Positions 1 to 9,201 of a DNA stretch of 64,000 bases are shown piece after piece (the first letter of the stretch is position 1; each line of letters opens with the position of its first letter). The stretch spans positions 26,996 through 90,995 of the forward strand of contig JABCZF010000018.1 of the NCBI GenBank assembly GCA_013289825.1. Reading direction: 5' to 3'. The DNA comes from Acidobacteriota bacterium. GTDB taxonomy: Bacteria; Acidobacteriota; Terriglobia; Acidiferrales; UBA7541. The notes under the pieces are model-generated. The model did no database searches and was not told the origin of the DNA. It worked only from the letters and a program-made list of their open reading frames with translations. Both the position numbers and the translations under genes were made by a program.

Positions 1-3000
1 CCCATCATCGGGTGCGAAGTCTATGTGGCCAAGGGCAGCCGCCACGACCGCGGCGAAAAAACAAACGGAACGGGCGGTCCAGACCGCGGCGAAGCCGAGC
101 CGGGCATGCGCGGGAGCAACCATCTGGTGCTCCTCTGCGAATCACTGGAGGGCTATCACAATCTCATCAAGCTGGTGTCCTCGGGTTTTCTTGAGGGCTT
201 CTACTACCGGCCCAGGATCGACTACGACTTGCTCGCCAAGCACCACAGAGGCTTGATTGCGTTGTCAGCCTGCCTGCGAGGCGCGGTGACGGAAGCCGTT
301 GTTGATGAAAAATACGACCAGGCCCGCGAAAACGCTTACCGTCTGCAGGACGTTTTCGGCAAGGGCAATTTTTTTCTGGAGATTCAGGATCAGGGTCTGG
401 AGATCGAGCAGGGCGTGAATCGCGAACTCGTGCGTCTTTCTAAGGAAACCGGCATTCCGCTGGTGGCCACGAACGACTGCCACTATCTGCATCACACCGA
501 TGCCCATGCCCAGGACGTCCTGCTGTGCATTCAAACGGGAAAGACGATGAGCGACGCTCATCGCATGAAATTTGCAACCGACCAGTTCTACTTCAAGACG
601 GCGGCGGAGATGGCCCAGGTGTTCGGCGAACTACCGGACGCGCTCGCCAGAACCGTGGATATCGCCGCGCGTTGCAACGTCAAGATCGAACGCATCCCGA
701 ACCCTTTTCCTGAGTTTAAGGTTCCCGAAGGCCACACCGCAGGTAGCTACTTTGAGAAGGTGGTGCGCGAAGGGTTTGCCACACGGGTGCCCTATCTTGA
801 GCGGCTGCTCGAGCAAGGGGTATTGCACAATCCACTGGTGGAGTACGAGCGGCGGCTGACGTCGGAAATCGAAATGATCAAGAAGATGCGCTACGAGGGC
901 TACTTCCTGATCGTTTGGGATTTCATTCACTACGCACGCGCGCAGGATGTGCCTGTTGGGCCGGGACGTGGTTCGGCTGCGGGCAGCTTGGTCAGCTACG
1001 CGCTGCGCATCACGGATGTGGACCCCTTGCAGTACAACTTGTTGTTCGAGCGCTTTCTGAATCCGGAGCGCGTCTCCTTGCCCGACATCGACATCGATTT
1101 CTGCATGCGCAGACGCGGCGAGGTGATCGAGTACGTCACGCAAAAATACGGGCGCGAAAACGTCGCGCAGATTATTACCTTCGGCACCATGGCGGCCAAA
1201 GCGGCGGTCAAGGACGTAGGCCGGGCGATGGACATCCCGTACGGCGAAGTGGATCGGCTTGCGAAACTGATCCCCACGACTCTGGGCATCGACTTGGAAA
1301 CCGCTCTCGCGGAGGCACCGCAGCTCAAATCAGCCATTAACAGCGACGAGAAGCTGAAGGATTTGATGGCCGTCGCGCTGCGCCTCGAGGGACTCGCGCG
1401 GCATGCTTCGACGCATGCCGCAGGCGTGGTTATTTCACCCCGCCCGCTGACGGATGTGGTCCCGGTCTATAAGACCAACCGGGATGAAATCACCACACAA
1501 TACGACATGAATGCGCTCGAGCGCATCGGCTTGCTGAAGATGGATTTCCTCGGCCTGACAACACTCACCGTCCTGCAAGATACCGCGCGCATGATTGAAA
1601 AGAATCGCGGCGTACAGGTCGACATTGACAATTTGGGTCTGGATGACGAGCCGACCTACAAACTTTTTGCGCGCGGTGACACCACCGCCATCTTCCAGTT
1701 TGAATCGCACGGCATGCGCGATATCTTGCGCCGCTACCACCCTTCGCGCATTGAAGATCTCACGGCGCTGAACGCGCTGTACCGTCCCGGGCCGATTCAG
1801 GGCGGCATGATCGACGACTTCATTAGCCGGAAGCAGGGCAAGACAAAAGTCAGCTACGAACTGCCGCAACTCAAGGGCATTCTCGAGGAAACCTACGGCG
1901 TGATCCTGTATCAGGAACAGGTGATGCAGATCGCGAACCTGCTGGCAAGCTTTTCGCTCGGGGAAGCGGATCTTCTCCGCCGTGCCATGGGCAAAAAGAA
2001 AAAAGAGGAAATGGCGGCGCAGCGTGCGAAATTCATTGCGGGATGCCTCACGAACAAGGTTCCAGAAAAGAAAGCCGAGCGCATTTTCAATTTGATGGAA
2101 GAATTTGCGGGCTACGGCTTCAACAAATCGCACTCCTGCGCGTATGCCCTGCTGGCCTACCAGACGGCCTATTTGAAGACCCACTATCCGGTGGAATTCA
2201 TGGCCGCACTGCTGACTTCGGAAACAGGCAACGCAGAAAAGGCTGTGAAGTACATCAACGAAGCGCGGGGCATGAGCATTTCTATCCTCCCGCCGGACAT
2301 CAACGAGAGCGATCTTTATTTTACGCCCGTGGGCGAATCCATCCGCTTCGGTCTAGCGGCCATCAAGAACGTAGGTGAGCCCACCGCCAAAGCCATCCGC
2401 GATTCGCGGCTGAGCACAGGCGTATTCACCTCTCTGTACGATCTTTGCGAACGGATCGAGGCGCGTTTTCTGAACAAGAGAGTGTTTGAAAGCCTGATCA
2501 AGTCCGGCGCTGTGGATTCTCTTGGGGCCCGCGAGTCGATGCTGGCCTCGGTGGATGACGCGTTGGCGGCCGTACAGCGCGCCTCGCGAGTACGGGAATC
2601 CGGGCAGCACGGGCTGTTTGGTACGGCCACGGCGGCCGCGCCGATAGCCTTTGCATTGCACGAGGCCGAGCTATGGAGCGAGACCGAACGCCTCGCGAGC
2701 GAATACGCCATGCTTGGCTTCTACGTGTCCGGACACCCGCTTGCAAAATATGCCTCGCGCTTCCTAGAGTTGAAATGCACTTCACTTGACCAGATCGAGG
2801 GCCAGCGCAACGGTCGGGAGATCACCGTTGCGGTACTCATTGTCGGCACGCGCCCGATGCGTTCCAAAAAAGGCGCGCGCTGGGCGATCTACACGATCCA
2901 GGATATGACCGGCGTTCAGGAACTGCTGGCCTTTCCGGAAAGTTTTGCGCGGTTCGAGGCCATTCTCAAGGCCGGGACGCCGCTGTTGCTCAAGGCTCGT

Positions 3001-3309
3001 GTGCAAGTTGAGGAAGCGGGCACGCGCCTTTCTTTGCAAGAGGCTGCTCGACTGGGAGACCTCGCTGAGCGGCCAGCGTCGGGCCTTCGCATCCGTATGA
3101 AGTTGGAAGAGTTAAACGACGAATTGCTGGACCGCCTTGAAGAAATTCTCTCCTCCTACCGAGGATCAAGCGTGGTATCGCTGGATCTCACAGGCGCAGG
3201 CGGAGCGATGGCCACGCTTCAGGTTGAACCGCGCGTCCGCTCGTGCCCGGAACTAATCAACGCGATCCGGGAGTCATTTGGCGAGCAGTCGATCGATTTG
3301 GTGATGTGA
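1..3309 (+). CDS. dnaE: DNA polymerase III alpha subunit (5' end outside window)
   Basis: Frame open from base 1 (PIIGCEVYVAK); PHP domain, GPGRGSAAGS, PDIDIDF, KMDFLGL, GFNKSHS motifs. Confidence 0.99.
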   Translation, partial: PIIGCEVYVAKGSRHDRGEKTNGTGGPDRGEAEPGMRGSNHLVLLCESLEGYHNLIKLVSSGFLEGFYYRPRIDYDLLAKHHRGLIALSACLRGAVTEAVVDEKYDQARENAYRLQDVFGKGNFFLEIQDQGLEIEQGVNRELVRLSKETGIPLVATNDCHYLHHTDAHAQDVLLCIQTGKTMSDAHRMKFATDQFYFKTAAEMAQVFGELPDALARTVDIAARCNVKIERIPNPFPEFKVPEGHTAGSYFEKVVREGFATRVPYLERLLEQGVLHNPLVEYERRLTSEIEMIKKMRYEGYFLIVWDFIHYARAQDVPVGPGRGSAAGSLVSYALRITDVDPLQYNLLFERFLNPERVSLPDIDIDFCMRRRGEVIEYVTQKYGRENVAQIITFGTMAAKAAVKDVGRAMDIPYGEVDRLAKLIPTTLGIDLETALAEAPQLKSAINSDEKLKDLMAVALRLEGLARHASTHAAGVVISPRPLTDVVPVYKTNRDEITTQYDMNALERIGLLKMDFLGLTTLTVLQDTARMIEKNRGVQVDIDNLGLDDEPTYKLFARGDTTAIFQFESHGMRDILRRYHPSRIEDLTALNALYRPGPIQGGMIDDFISRKQGKTKVSYELPQLKGILEETYGVILYQEQVMQIANLLASFSLGEADLLRRAMGKKKKEEMAAQRAKFIAGCLTNKVPEKKAERIFNLMEEFAGYGFNKSHSCAYALLAYQTAYLKTHYPVEFMAALLTSETGNAEKAVKYINEARGMSISILPPDINESDLYFTPVGESIRFGLAAIKNVGEPTAKAIRDSRLSTGVFTSLYDLCERIEARFLNKRVFESLIKSGAVDSLGARESMLASVDDALAAVQRASRVRESGQHGLFGTATAAAPIAFALHEAELWSETERLASEYAMLGFYVSGHPLAKYASRFLELKCTSLDQIEGQRNGREITVAVLIVGTRPMRSKKGARWAIYTIQDMTGVQELLAFPESFARFEAILKAGTPLLLKARVQVEEAGTRLSLQEAARLGDLAERPASGLRIRMKLEELNDELLDRLEEILSSYRGSSVVSLDLTGAGGAMATLQVEPRVRSCPELINAIRESFGEQSIDLVM

Positions 3310-4292
3310 TGAAGTCCAAGGACAAAGCAAAAAGCCCGGCAGCGCAGCCTAATCGTCAAAGCGAGATCGAGCGCCTGGAAAAAGACGTTGAAGAACTGCG
3401 CCACCTCGCCGGCGACCAAGAGGCCGACGCGGAGCTTGAACGCATCCGCCAGCAAGTGCTCGAGCTTCGGAAGGAGTTTTACAGCCATCTCGGTCCCTGG
3501 CAGCGCGCCCAGATCGCGCGCCACACCCATCGGCCGTACACGCTGGATTATATCGGGATGCTGTTCACGGACTTCCTGGAGTTGCACGGCGACCGCGGCT
3601 ACGGCGACGACAAGGCCTTGATTGCCGGACTCGCCAAGTTTAATGGACGGCCGATTGCCGTCATCGGTCATCAAAAGGGTCGCGACACGAAACAGCGTCT
3701 GCTGCGCAATTTCGGCCAGCCCAAGCCCGAGGGTTACCGCAAAGCTCTTCGGGTCATGCAAGTGGCCGCGAAGTTTGGCCGGCCCGTTTTCACGCTAATC
3801 GACACGCCGGGCGCTTATCCCGGCATCGACGCCGAGGAACGCGGACAAGCCGAAGCCATCGCTCGTAACTTGCGAGAAATGGTTCGCTTGCCCGTTCCGA
3901 TTATCGTCACCGTGACCGGCGAAGGCGGCTCCGGCGGAGCCTTGGCAATTGCCATAGGAGATCGCGTCAACATCCTGGAGAACAGTTTTTATTCTGTGAT
4001 TTCGCCGGAAGGCTGCGCCGCGATCATGTGGCGAGACGCCACCAAGGCGGAGACCGCTGCTACCGCGCTGAAAATCACGGCGAAAGACCTGAAGGAGCTA
4101 GGCATCGTCGATGAGATTGTGCCCGAACCGGAAGGAGGGGCGCACGTGGACCCGGAAGGCGCCGCCCAGCTCCTCGGTGAAGTCTTGGACCGTGAGCTGG
4201 TGGCTTTAACGCAGCAGCCCACGAAAGAGTTGCTGGAAGCCCGCTACGAGAAGTTCCGCAAGATGGGTCAATTCTTCGATCTTGGAAAGTAA
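3309..4292 (+). CDS. accA: Acetyl-CoA carboxylase carboxyltransferase alpha subunit
   Basis: ELHGDR, GHQKGRDT, PEGYRKA, IDTPGAYPG, GEGGSGGA; ATG overlaps the dnaE stop (TGATG). Confidence 0.98.
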   Translation: MKSKDKAKSPAAQPNRQSEIERLEKDVEELRHLAGDQEADAELERIRQQVLELRKEFYSHLGPWQRAQIARHTHRPYTLDYIGMLFTDFLELHGDRGYGDDKALIAGLAKFNGRPIAVIGHQKGRDTKQRLLRNFGQPKPEGYRKALRVMQVAAKFGRPVFTLIDTPGAYPGIDAEERGQAEAIARNLREMVRLPVPIIVTVTGEGGSGGALAIAIGDRVNILENSFYSVISPEGCAAIMWRDATKAETAATALKITAKDLKELGIVDEIVPEPEGGAHVDPEGAAQLLGEVLDRELVALTQQPTKELLEARYEKFRKMGQFFDLGK

Positions 4293-4475
4293 ACCGCCAC
4301 CTTCTGAATCCTAGTTCTGGGTCCACCCCTTAGCACATTGGCAACTCTTGCGAGACCAATCGTTGTCGCTTCGCGGGACGCGGGCTACTCTGGATGGGCA
4401 ACCATCAGAGTGATCCGTCTCGGGGCAAGTTCTGCCGCTTATACGGCAACCCGCGCACGGAAGACAGGACTGATC

Positions 4476-4796
4476 ATGTCGGAACCCTTCCGCCCGTATG
4501 AAAAGCTCGTGGATATCACCGTGATGGGCAAGAAGTTTCAGGTGCCGGAGCGCAATTCGCTTCTGCGATGCTTTCAATTCATCAGTCCGGAAACCATTCC
4601 CTATGGCCGTTTTTGCTGGAATCAGGATTGCCAGTATTGCCGCGTTTCGTGCCAGTTGCCGGATGACGATGAGCCACGGGAAATGCTGAGCTGTAAGTTC
4701 ATTGTCATGCCCGGAATGGAAATTACCGAGTTGAGCCAGGAGCTGAAGTGGTGCCTGAGGTCCAAACTCCCAGCCGATGCTGCTGTTTCCTCCTGA
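4476..4796 (+). CDS. 2Fe-2S ferredoxin-like protein
   Basis: FCWNQDCQYC...LSC cysteine pattern of Fer2-type domains; AGGA RBS before ATG 4476. Confidence 0.8.
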   Translation: MSEPFRPYEKLVDITVMGKKFQVPERNSLLRCFQFISPETIPYGRFCWNQDCQYCRVSCQLPDDDEPREMLSCKFIVMPGMEITELSQELKWCLRSKLPADAAVSS

Positions 4797-5053
4797 GTCC
4801 AGGAAATCGATGGCGCAAAAAAGTCCTGGCGCAACGCGACTTTTACCTCCAGCCCGTGTTTCTACTGGAAGGTGCACGCATCAGCGAGCGACGGCGGTTG
4901 TGCGACGCCAAAACCCAATTAACCATCCCCGGCGCACAGCCGTCGTCGTCGATTTGTGAGTAGTTGGCCGCAGGCTGCTTCGTTCCGCTGGCCAGCTTAG
5001 GGCGCCTTCTTGCACTCCATGCTCGGCTGGACTACGATTCTTTCTCCTAGATT

Positions 5054-5632
5054 ATGCCCACCGATTTGCTGGCTTGCGACGGCTGCGGTCAATCCGCATC
5101 CCCCGAACATATTGCGCGACGGCTTCTGCGCCTGGAATGGACAACACGATACCGGCCCGTTCACATTGGCGCGCTGCTGCTGGGAAGCGTCTCCCCACTG
5201 GCGGAGCAAGACTTCCTCTATAGCGGGAAGTTCCACGGGGAAGCCGGCCGATTGCTAGAAGCAGTTGGAATCTCGACTTCGGGGAAGTCCCCCGAAACCA
5301 TTTTAGGCGAGTTTCAGAGGGCCGGATTCTTTCTGGCGCACGTGCTCGAATGTCCGCTTGAAACCAGCGAGGCCGAAAAGGCTTCCTATCAGGCCCTTCT
5401 CGCCGAGCGCGTTTCACAAGTATTGACGCGCATTCGCAGGTCGCTAAAGCCCAAGCGCGTGGTCTTGATCTCCGATTCGTTGGCGCCGCTTGCGGCAAGA
5501 CTGTCGAGCGCCGAATTGGCATGCCCGGTGATTCTGGACCATGGCAAACCCTTCGGTCTGGACTCTGGCGATTTTTCTGGGGCTGCTCTCCATCTGCGCC
5601 AAGCCCTAGGGCTGGCGACCCCCGGGGTGTGA
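5054..5632 (+). CDS. Hypothetical protein: N-terminal CxxC plus possible uracil-DNA-glycosylase-superfamily fold
   Basis: 192 aa ORF; CDGC, RYRPVHIGALLLG, EFQRAGFFL..VLECP, LKPKRVVLI. Confidence 0.6.
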   Translation: MPTDLLACDGCGQSASPEHIARRLLRLEWTTRYRPVHIGALLLGSVSPLAEQDFLYSGKFHGEAGRLLEAVGISTSGKSPETILGEFQRAGFFLAHVLECPLETSEAEKASYQALLAERVSQVLTRIRRSLKPKRVVLISDSLAPLAARLSSAELACPVILDHGKPFGLDSGDFSGAALHLRQALGLATPGV

Positions 5633-5708
5633 CCCGGCGCACCGGCCCCCCTGTCCCTATGTACAGGCTTATAACTGTCCTTCGACGGGCGTGCGAATCT
5701 CCTGGCTG

Positions 5709-5717
5709 TGATAGAAT
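5709..5717 (+). promoter_or_regulatory. Extended -10 promoter (TGaTAGAAT) upstream of the ccm operon
   Basis: TG-n-TAGAAT about 40 nt before the ccmE start. Confidence 0.45.
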
Positions 5718-5758
5718 CAAAAACTTGGATAGGGTGACGTTTGAGTAGGAGTCGAGGC

Positions 5759-6181
5759 GTGAAGAAACAAGCAAAGTTTGTAGTCGGAATCAGCGTAATC
5801 GTGGTTGCCCTGGCGTGCTTAGCGTGGCTTGGCTACGGCGAAAGCAAGACTTATTACCACACCATCGCGGAGCTGCAGTCTCTAAAGGGCGCTGAGCTTA
5901 CCCACCGCATGCGCGTTGGCGGAACCGTGGCGCCGGGCAGCATTCGCCATTTCACTGGCCGCGTTGATTTTGTTCTCGAAGGGGAAGGGAAGTCCCTCCC
6001 GGTGAGCTATGTGGGCAGTGACCCGCTGCCGGATACCTTCGTGGATAAATCGCAAGCGTTGGTCGAGGGCCGGCCGACGGACGGGCGCTTTGTCGCCGAG
6101 GTAGTACAGGCGAAGTGCGCGTCCAAATACGAGGCGGCTCCGGGGGGAACCGTTGCCACTTCTTCCACTGCGACAAAGTAA
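5759..6181 (+). CDS. ccmE: Heme chaperone CcmE, CxxxY variant
   Basis: N-terminal TM helix, RVGG, PDTF, AKCASKY; AGGAG before GTG 5759. Confidence 0.93.
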   Translation: MKKQAKFVVGISVIVVALACLAWLGYGESKTYYHTIAELQSLKGAELTHRMRVGGTVAPGSIRHFTGRVDFVLEGEGKSLPVSYVGSDPLPDTFVDKSQALVEGRPTDGRFVAEVVQAKCASKYEAAPGGTVATSSTATK

Positions 6182-6234
6182 AGTAAGGTAACCTAATAAC
6201 GGACCCGGCTTGGCCGGGGGATAGGCGGAGCCCC

Positions 6235-8292
6235 GTGGATGTATTTGGTTCATTCGCTCTTCTTCTAGCGTTTATCTGCGCAGTGTATGCATTCGGAGGC
6301 GGAATTGCCGCGATTATCACGCGGCATCCACTTCTCGTTAAGAGCACCCGCCAATCGGGGATCGCAGCCTGCTGTCTGATTTTTATCGCTACATTCAGCC
6401 TCGAATATCTCTTCTTCACGGACAATTTTTCCGCGGCTTACGTGGTCTCCCACAGCAATCGCGCGCTCGCTACGTTCTATAAAGTCGCTGCACTGTGGGC
6501 CGGCCAGGAAGGCTCGCTCCTGTTCTGGAGTTTCCTGCTTTCGATCTACGTTTTCTCGGTGCTGATCGCCTACCGCAACAAAAACGGCGAATTGATGCCC
6601 TATGTGGGAGTGATTCTCGCCGGAGTCCAGATATTTTTCCTGACGCTCAATAATTTCGTCGCCAGCCCGTTCAAGGCGCTGGCCGTGCCCGGCGCCAATG
6701 GCGCGATGGATCTGGTCACGCGCGCCGACGGTAACGGGCTGACTCCGCTGCTGCAGTATCCGGAGATGGTCATCCATCCGCCGAATCTGTATTCCGGTTA
6801 CACGGGGTTCACGATACCGTTTGCCTTTGCGCTGGCAGCGCTGTTGGCACGCTATCCCGGCGAGAAGTGGATCCATCTCACGCGCAAATGGACGATGATC
6901 GCGTGGTGCTTCCAAACCGCAGGCATCCTGCTCGGCGCGCACTGGGCTTACGCGGTCCTCGGTTGGGGAGGCTACTGGGGCTGGGACCCGGTCGAAAATG
7001 CCTCTCTGCTTCCGTGGCTGACGGGCACGGCGTTCCTGCATTCTGTGATGATGCAGGAAAAGCGCGGCATGATGAAAGTGTGGAACGTCTGGCTGGTGTT
7101 CGCGACCTTTATTCTATGCATTACGGGCACGTTCCTGACGCGCAGCGGAATCGTAAGCTCGGTTCATGCCTTTGCGCAGTCGAGCATCGGCAGCTGGTTC
7201 GTGGGCTTTCTCATCGTCATTTTCTCCGTGTGCCTGGTGGCTTATCTCAAGAACCGCGACTATTTGAAGAGTGAAAGCCAGTTGGATGCGATCGTCTCGC
7301 GCGAATCCAGTTTCCTGTTCAACAATTTGATTCTGCTGGTTTCCTGCATCGCCGTTCTTTCCGGCACCCTTTTCCCGGTCCTCTCGGAAGCGGTCTCGGG
7401 CTCCAAAATTAACGTGGGCGCTCCGTTCTTCAATAAGGTCAACGTCCCGATCGGCCTGTTTCTGCTTTTCCTTACTGGTGTCGGGCCGCTTCTCGCCTGG
7501 CGGAAGACTTCCCTGGAAAGTCTAAAGCGAAATTTTGCCTGGCCGCTGATTGTCGGCCTGGTGGCCGGTGTAGTCATCTTCGCGTTGGGCTGCCGAGAAA
7601 TGTACTCGCTCATCTGTTTCTCGCTGTGTTTCTTCGTCACAACGACGATTGTCATGGAATTTTATCGCGGCGCAAAAGTCATTCGCGTGCGCTCGAACGC
7701 TTCCTATCTGACCTCGGCCATCGAATTGACCATGCGCAATACGCGCCGCTACGGCGGCTACATCGTGCACATGGGCATGGTGCTGGTCTTTGTCGGTTTG
7801 GCTGGCGTGGCTTTCAATCAAAACGTCCAGAAAGAGATGCAACCCGGCTCATCGATCCAGCTAGGGAAGTACAAGCTGGTTCTGCAAAGTTTCGACAGCA
7901 AGCCGGAAGCGAATTACACCGGTCTGCGTTTGAATGTGGAAGTTTTCGTCGACAATAAACCCCTGATGATGCTGTATCCCGAGCGCCGCATCTTTGAGAC
8001 CAATGGCGAAACCGGAACGATGGTGGCGATCTACTCGACGCTTCGCGAAGATCTGTACGTCGTTTATGCTGGGCAGAATCCGGACACGAACTTGCCAGTC
8101 ATTCACGCGTACTTGAACCCGCTGGTGAAGTGGATATGGTTTGGCGGGGTGATCGTCGTGTTCGGCACGTTGGTGGCTTTGATGCCCAATCGTCGAGCGG
8201 TCTTGGTTTTGTCGGGCGCACAACAACCCGCGCCAGAGCCGCTGGTGCACGGAATGACGCCGTCGGTCACCTACAGAGAAGGCCATGACTAA
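6235..8292 (+). CDS. ccmF: Cytochrome c heme lyase CcmF
   Basis: WAGQEGSLL, HPP, WGGYWGWDPVEN, TRSG..SVHAF. Confidence 0.98.
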   Translation: MDVFGSFALLLAFICAVYAFGGGIAAIITRHPLLVKSTRQSGIAACCLIFIATFSLEYLFFTDNFSAAYVVSHSNRALATFYKVAALWAGQEGSLLFWSFLLSIYVFSVLIAYRNKNGELMPYVGVILAGVQIFFLTLNNFVASPFKALAVPGANGAMDLVTRADGNGLTPLLQYPEMVIHPPNLYSGYTGFTIPFAFALAALLARYPGEKWIHLTRKWTMIAWCFQTAGILLGAHWAYAVLGWGGYWGWDPVENASLLPWLTGTAFLHSVMMQEKRGMMKVWNVWLVFATFILCITGTFLTRSGIVSSVHAFAQSSIGSWFVGFLIVIFSVCLVAYLKNRDYLKSESQLDAIVSRESSFLFNNLILLVSCIAVLSGTLFPVLSEAVSGSKINVGAPFFNKVNVPIGLFLLFLTGVGPLLAWRKTSLESLKRNFAWPLIVGLVAGVVIFALGCREMYSLICFSLCFFVTTTIVMEFYRGAKVIRVRSNASYLTSAIELTMRNTRRYGGYIVHMGMVLVFVGLAGVAFNQNVQKEMQPGSSIQLGKYKLVLQSFDSKPEANYTGLRLNVEVFVDNKPLMMLYPERRIFETNGETGTMVAIYSTLREDLYVVYAGQNPDTNLPVIHAYLNPLVKWIWFGGVIVVFGTLVALMPNRRAVLVLSGAQQPAPEPLVHGMTPSVTYREGHD

Positions 8293-8824
8293 AATGCGAG
8301 GAATTAGCCGCCCCGGTTTGCTCATCTTGCCGGTCTTGTTGTGTTTTACGGGGACGCTGCCGCTGTTGTCCGCGTTCGGGGATGCCCAGCAGCCCGATCA
8401 CACCCATCAGTTAGGCATGAAAGTGAAATGCATGTGCCGCGGCTGCAACGAATCCGCGGGCGGCTGCTATCACATGGGAGGGGAGTTCTCCGGTCCTTGC
8501 GGTACCGCTCTGGGGATGCTCAAGAAAATCGACGAGCGCATCGCCCAGGGAAATTCCGACGACCTCATCGTGCAATCCTTTGTGCAGGAGTATGGGCAGC
8601 TGGTACTCATGGAGACGCCGCACAGCGGCTTCGGCCGGGTGGCTTGGTGGATTCCGGCGGTCGCGCTGATCGGCGGATTCGCGCTGGTCTTGATCGTCAT
8701 CTCCCGGTGGCGGAAGCAGTTGACGCCCGAGCCCGCTCTGGCTCGAGCGGGTCACGCAGCCCCAATTTCGAGTGAACTGCTCGATCGTGCGCGCGCCCAG
8801 GCCGCCCGCGATACTGAGGATTGA
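8285..8824 (+). CDS. ccmH: CcmH-like protein with atypical Cys-rich motif
   Basis: Signal peptide, KCMCRGC, GNSDDLIVQSFVQEYG..VL, AWWIP plus TM helix match the CcmH layout; directly after ccmF. Confidence 0.8.
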   Translation: MTKMRGISRPGLLILPVLLCFTGTLPLLSAFGDAQQPDHTHQLGMKVKCMCRGCNESAGGCYHMGGEFSGPCGTALGMLKKIDERIAQGNSDDLIVQSFVQEYGQLVLMETPHSGFGRVAWWIPAVALIGGFALVLIVISRWRKQLTPEPALARAGHAAPISSELLDRARAQAARDTED

Positions 8825-8844
8825 CCTTGACCGTTGGCACACTT

Positions 8845-9201
8845 ATGGCAGCTTTTCTGATCACCTCCACAGATTGGGCCGTTGTCGGCGCGTGCGGGGC
8901 GCTGGCTTTCGCTGCCGGACTCTTCATCTTCTATATCCAGCCTGATGCATCGGACCTCGCTCCACACCGCTCGAAGCTCGATCAATTGCTCGAGCGCCGC
9001 GACGCGCTCTACGATAATTTGCGCGACCTGCGTTTCGAGTTTCGTTCCGGAAAATATGCGGAGATTGACTACGAAGCGATGAAGACCTCTCTCGAGAGCG
9101 ACGCGGCCGTGGTGCTCGCGGAAATCGATCAAATTACGGAGTCGCAGGTGCGGCGTCCTCGCGGGACGAAGCCCGCCGCTTCCGAACGAGGTGCGCAGTG
9201 A
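8845..9201 (+). CDS. Small membrane protein resembling the CcmI N-terminal region
   Basis: TM helix then LYDNLRDLRFEFRSGKYAEIDYEAMK; inside ccm operon. Confidence 0.75.
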   Translation: MAAFLITSTDWAVVGACGALAFAAGLFIFYIQPDASDLAPHRSKLDQLLERRDALYDNLRDLRFEFRSGKYAEIDYEAMKTSLESDAAVVLAEIDQITESQVRRPRGTKPAASERGAQ

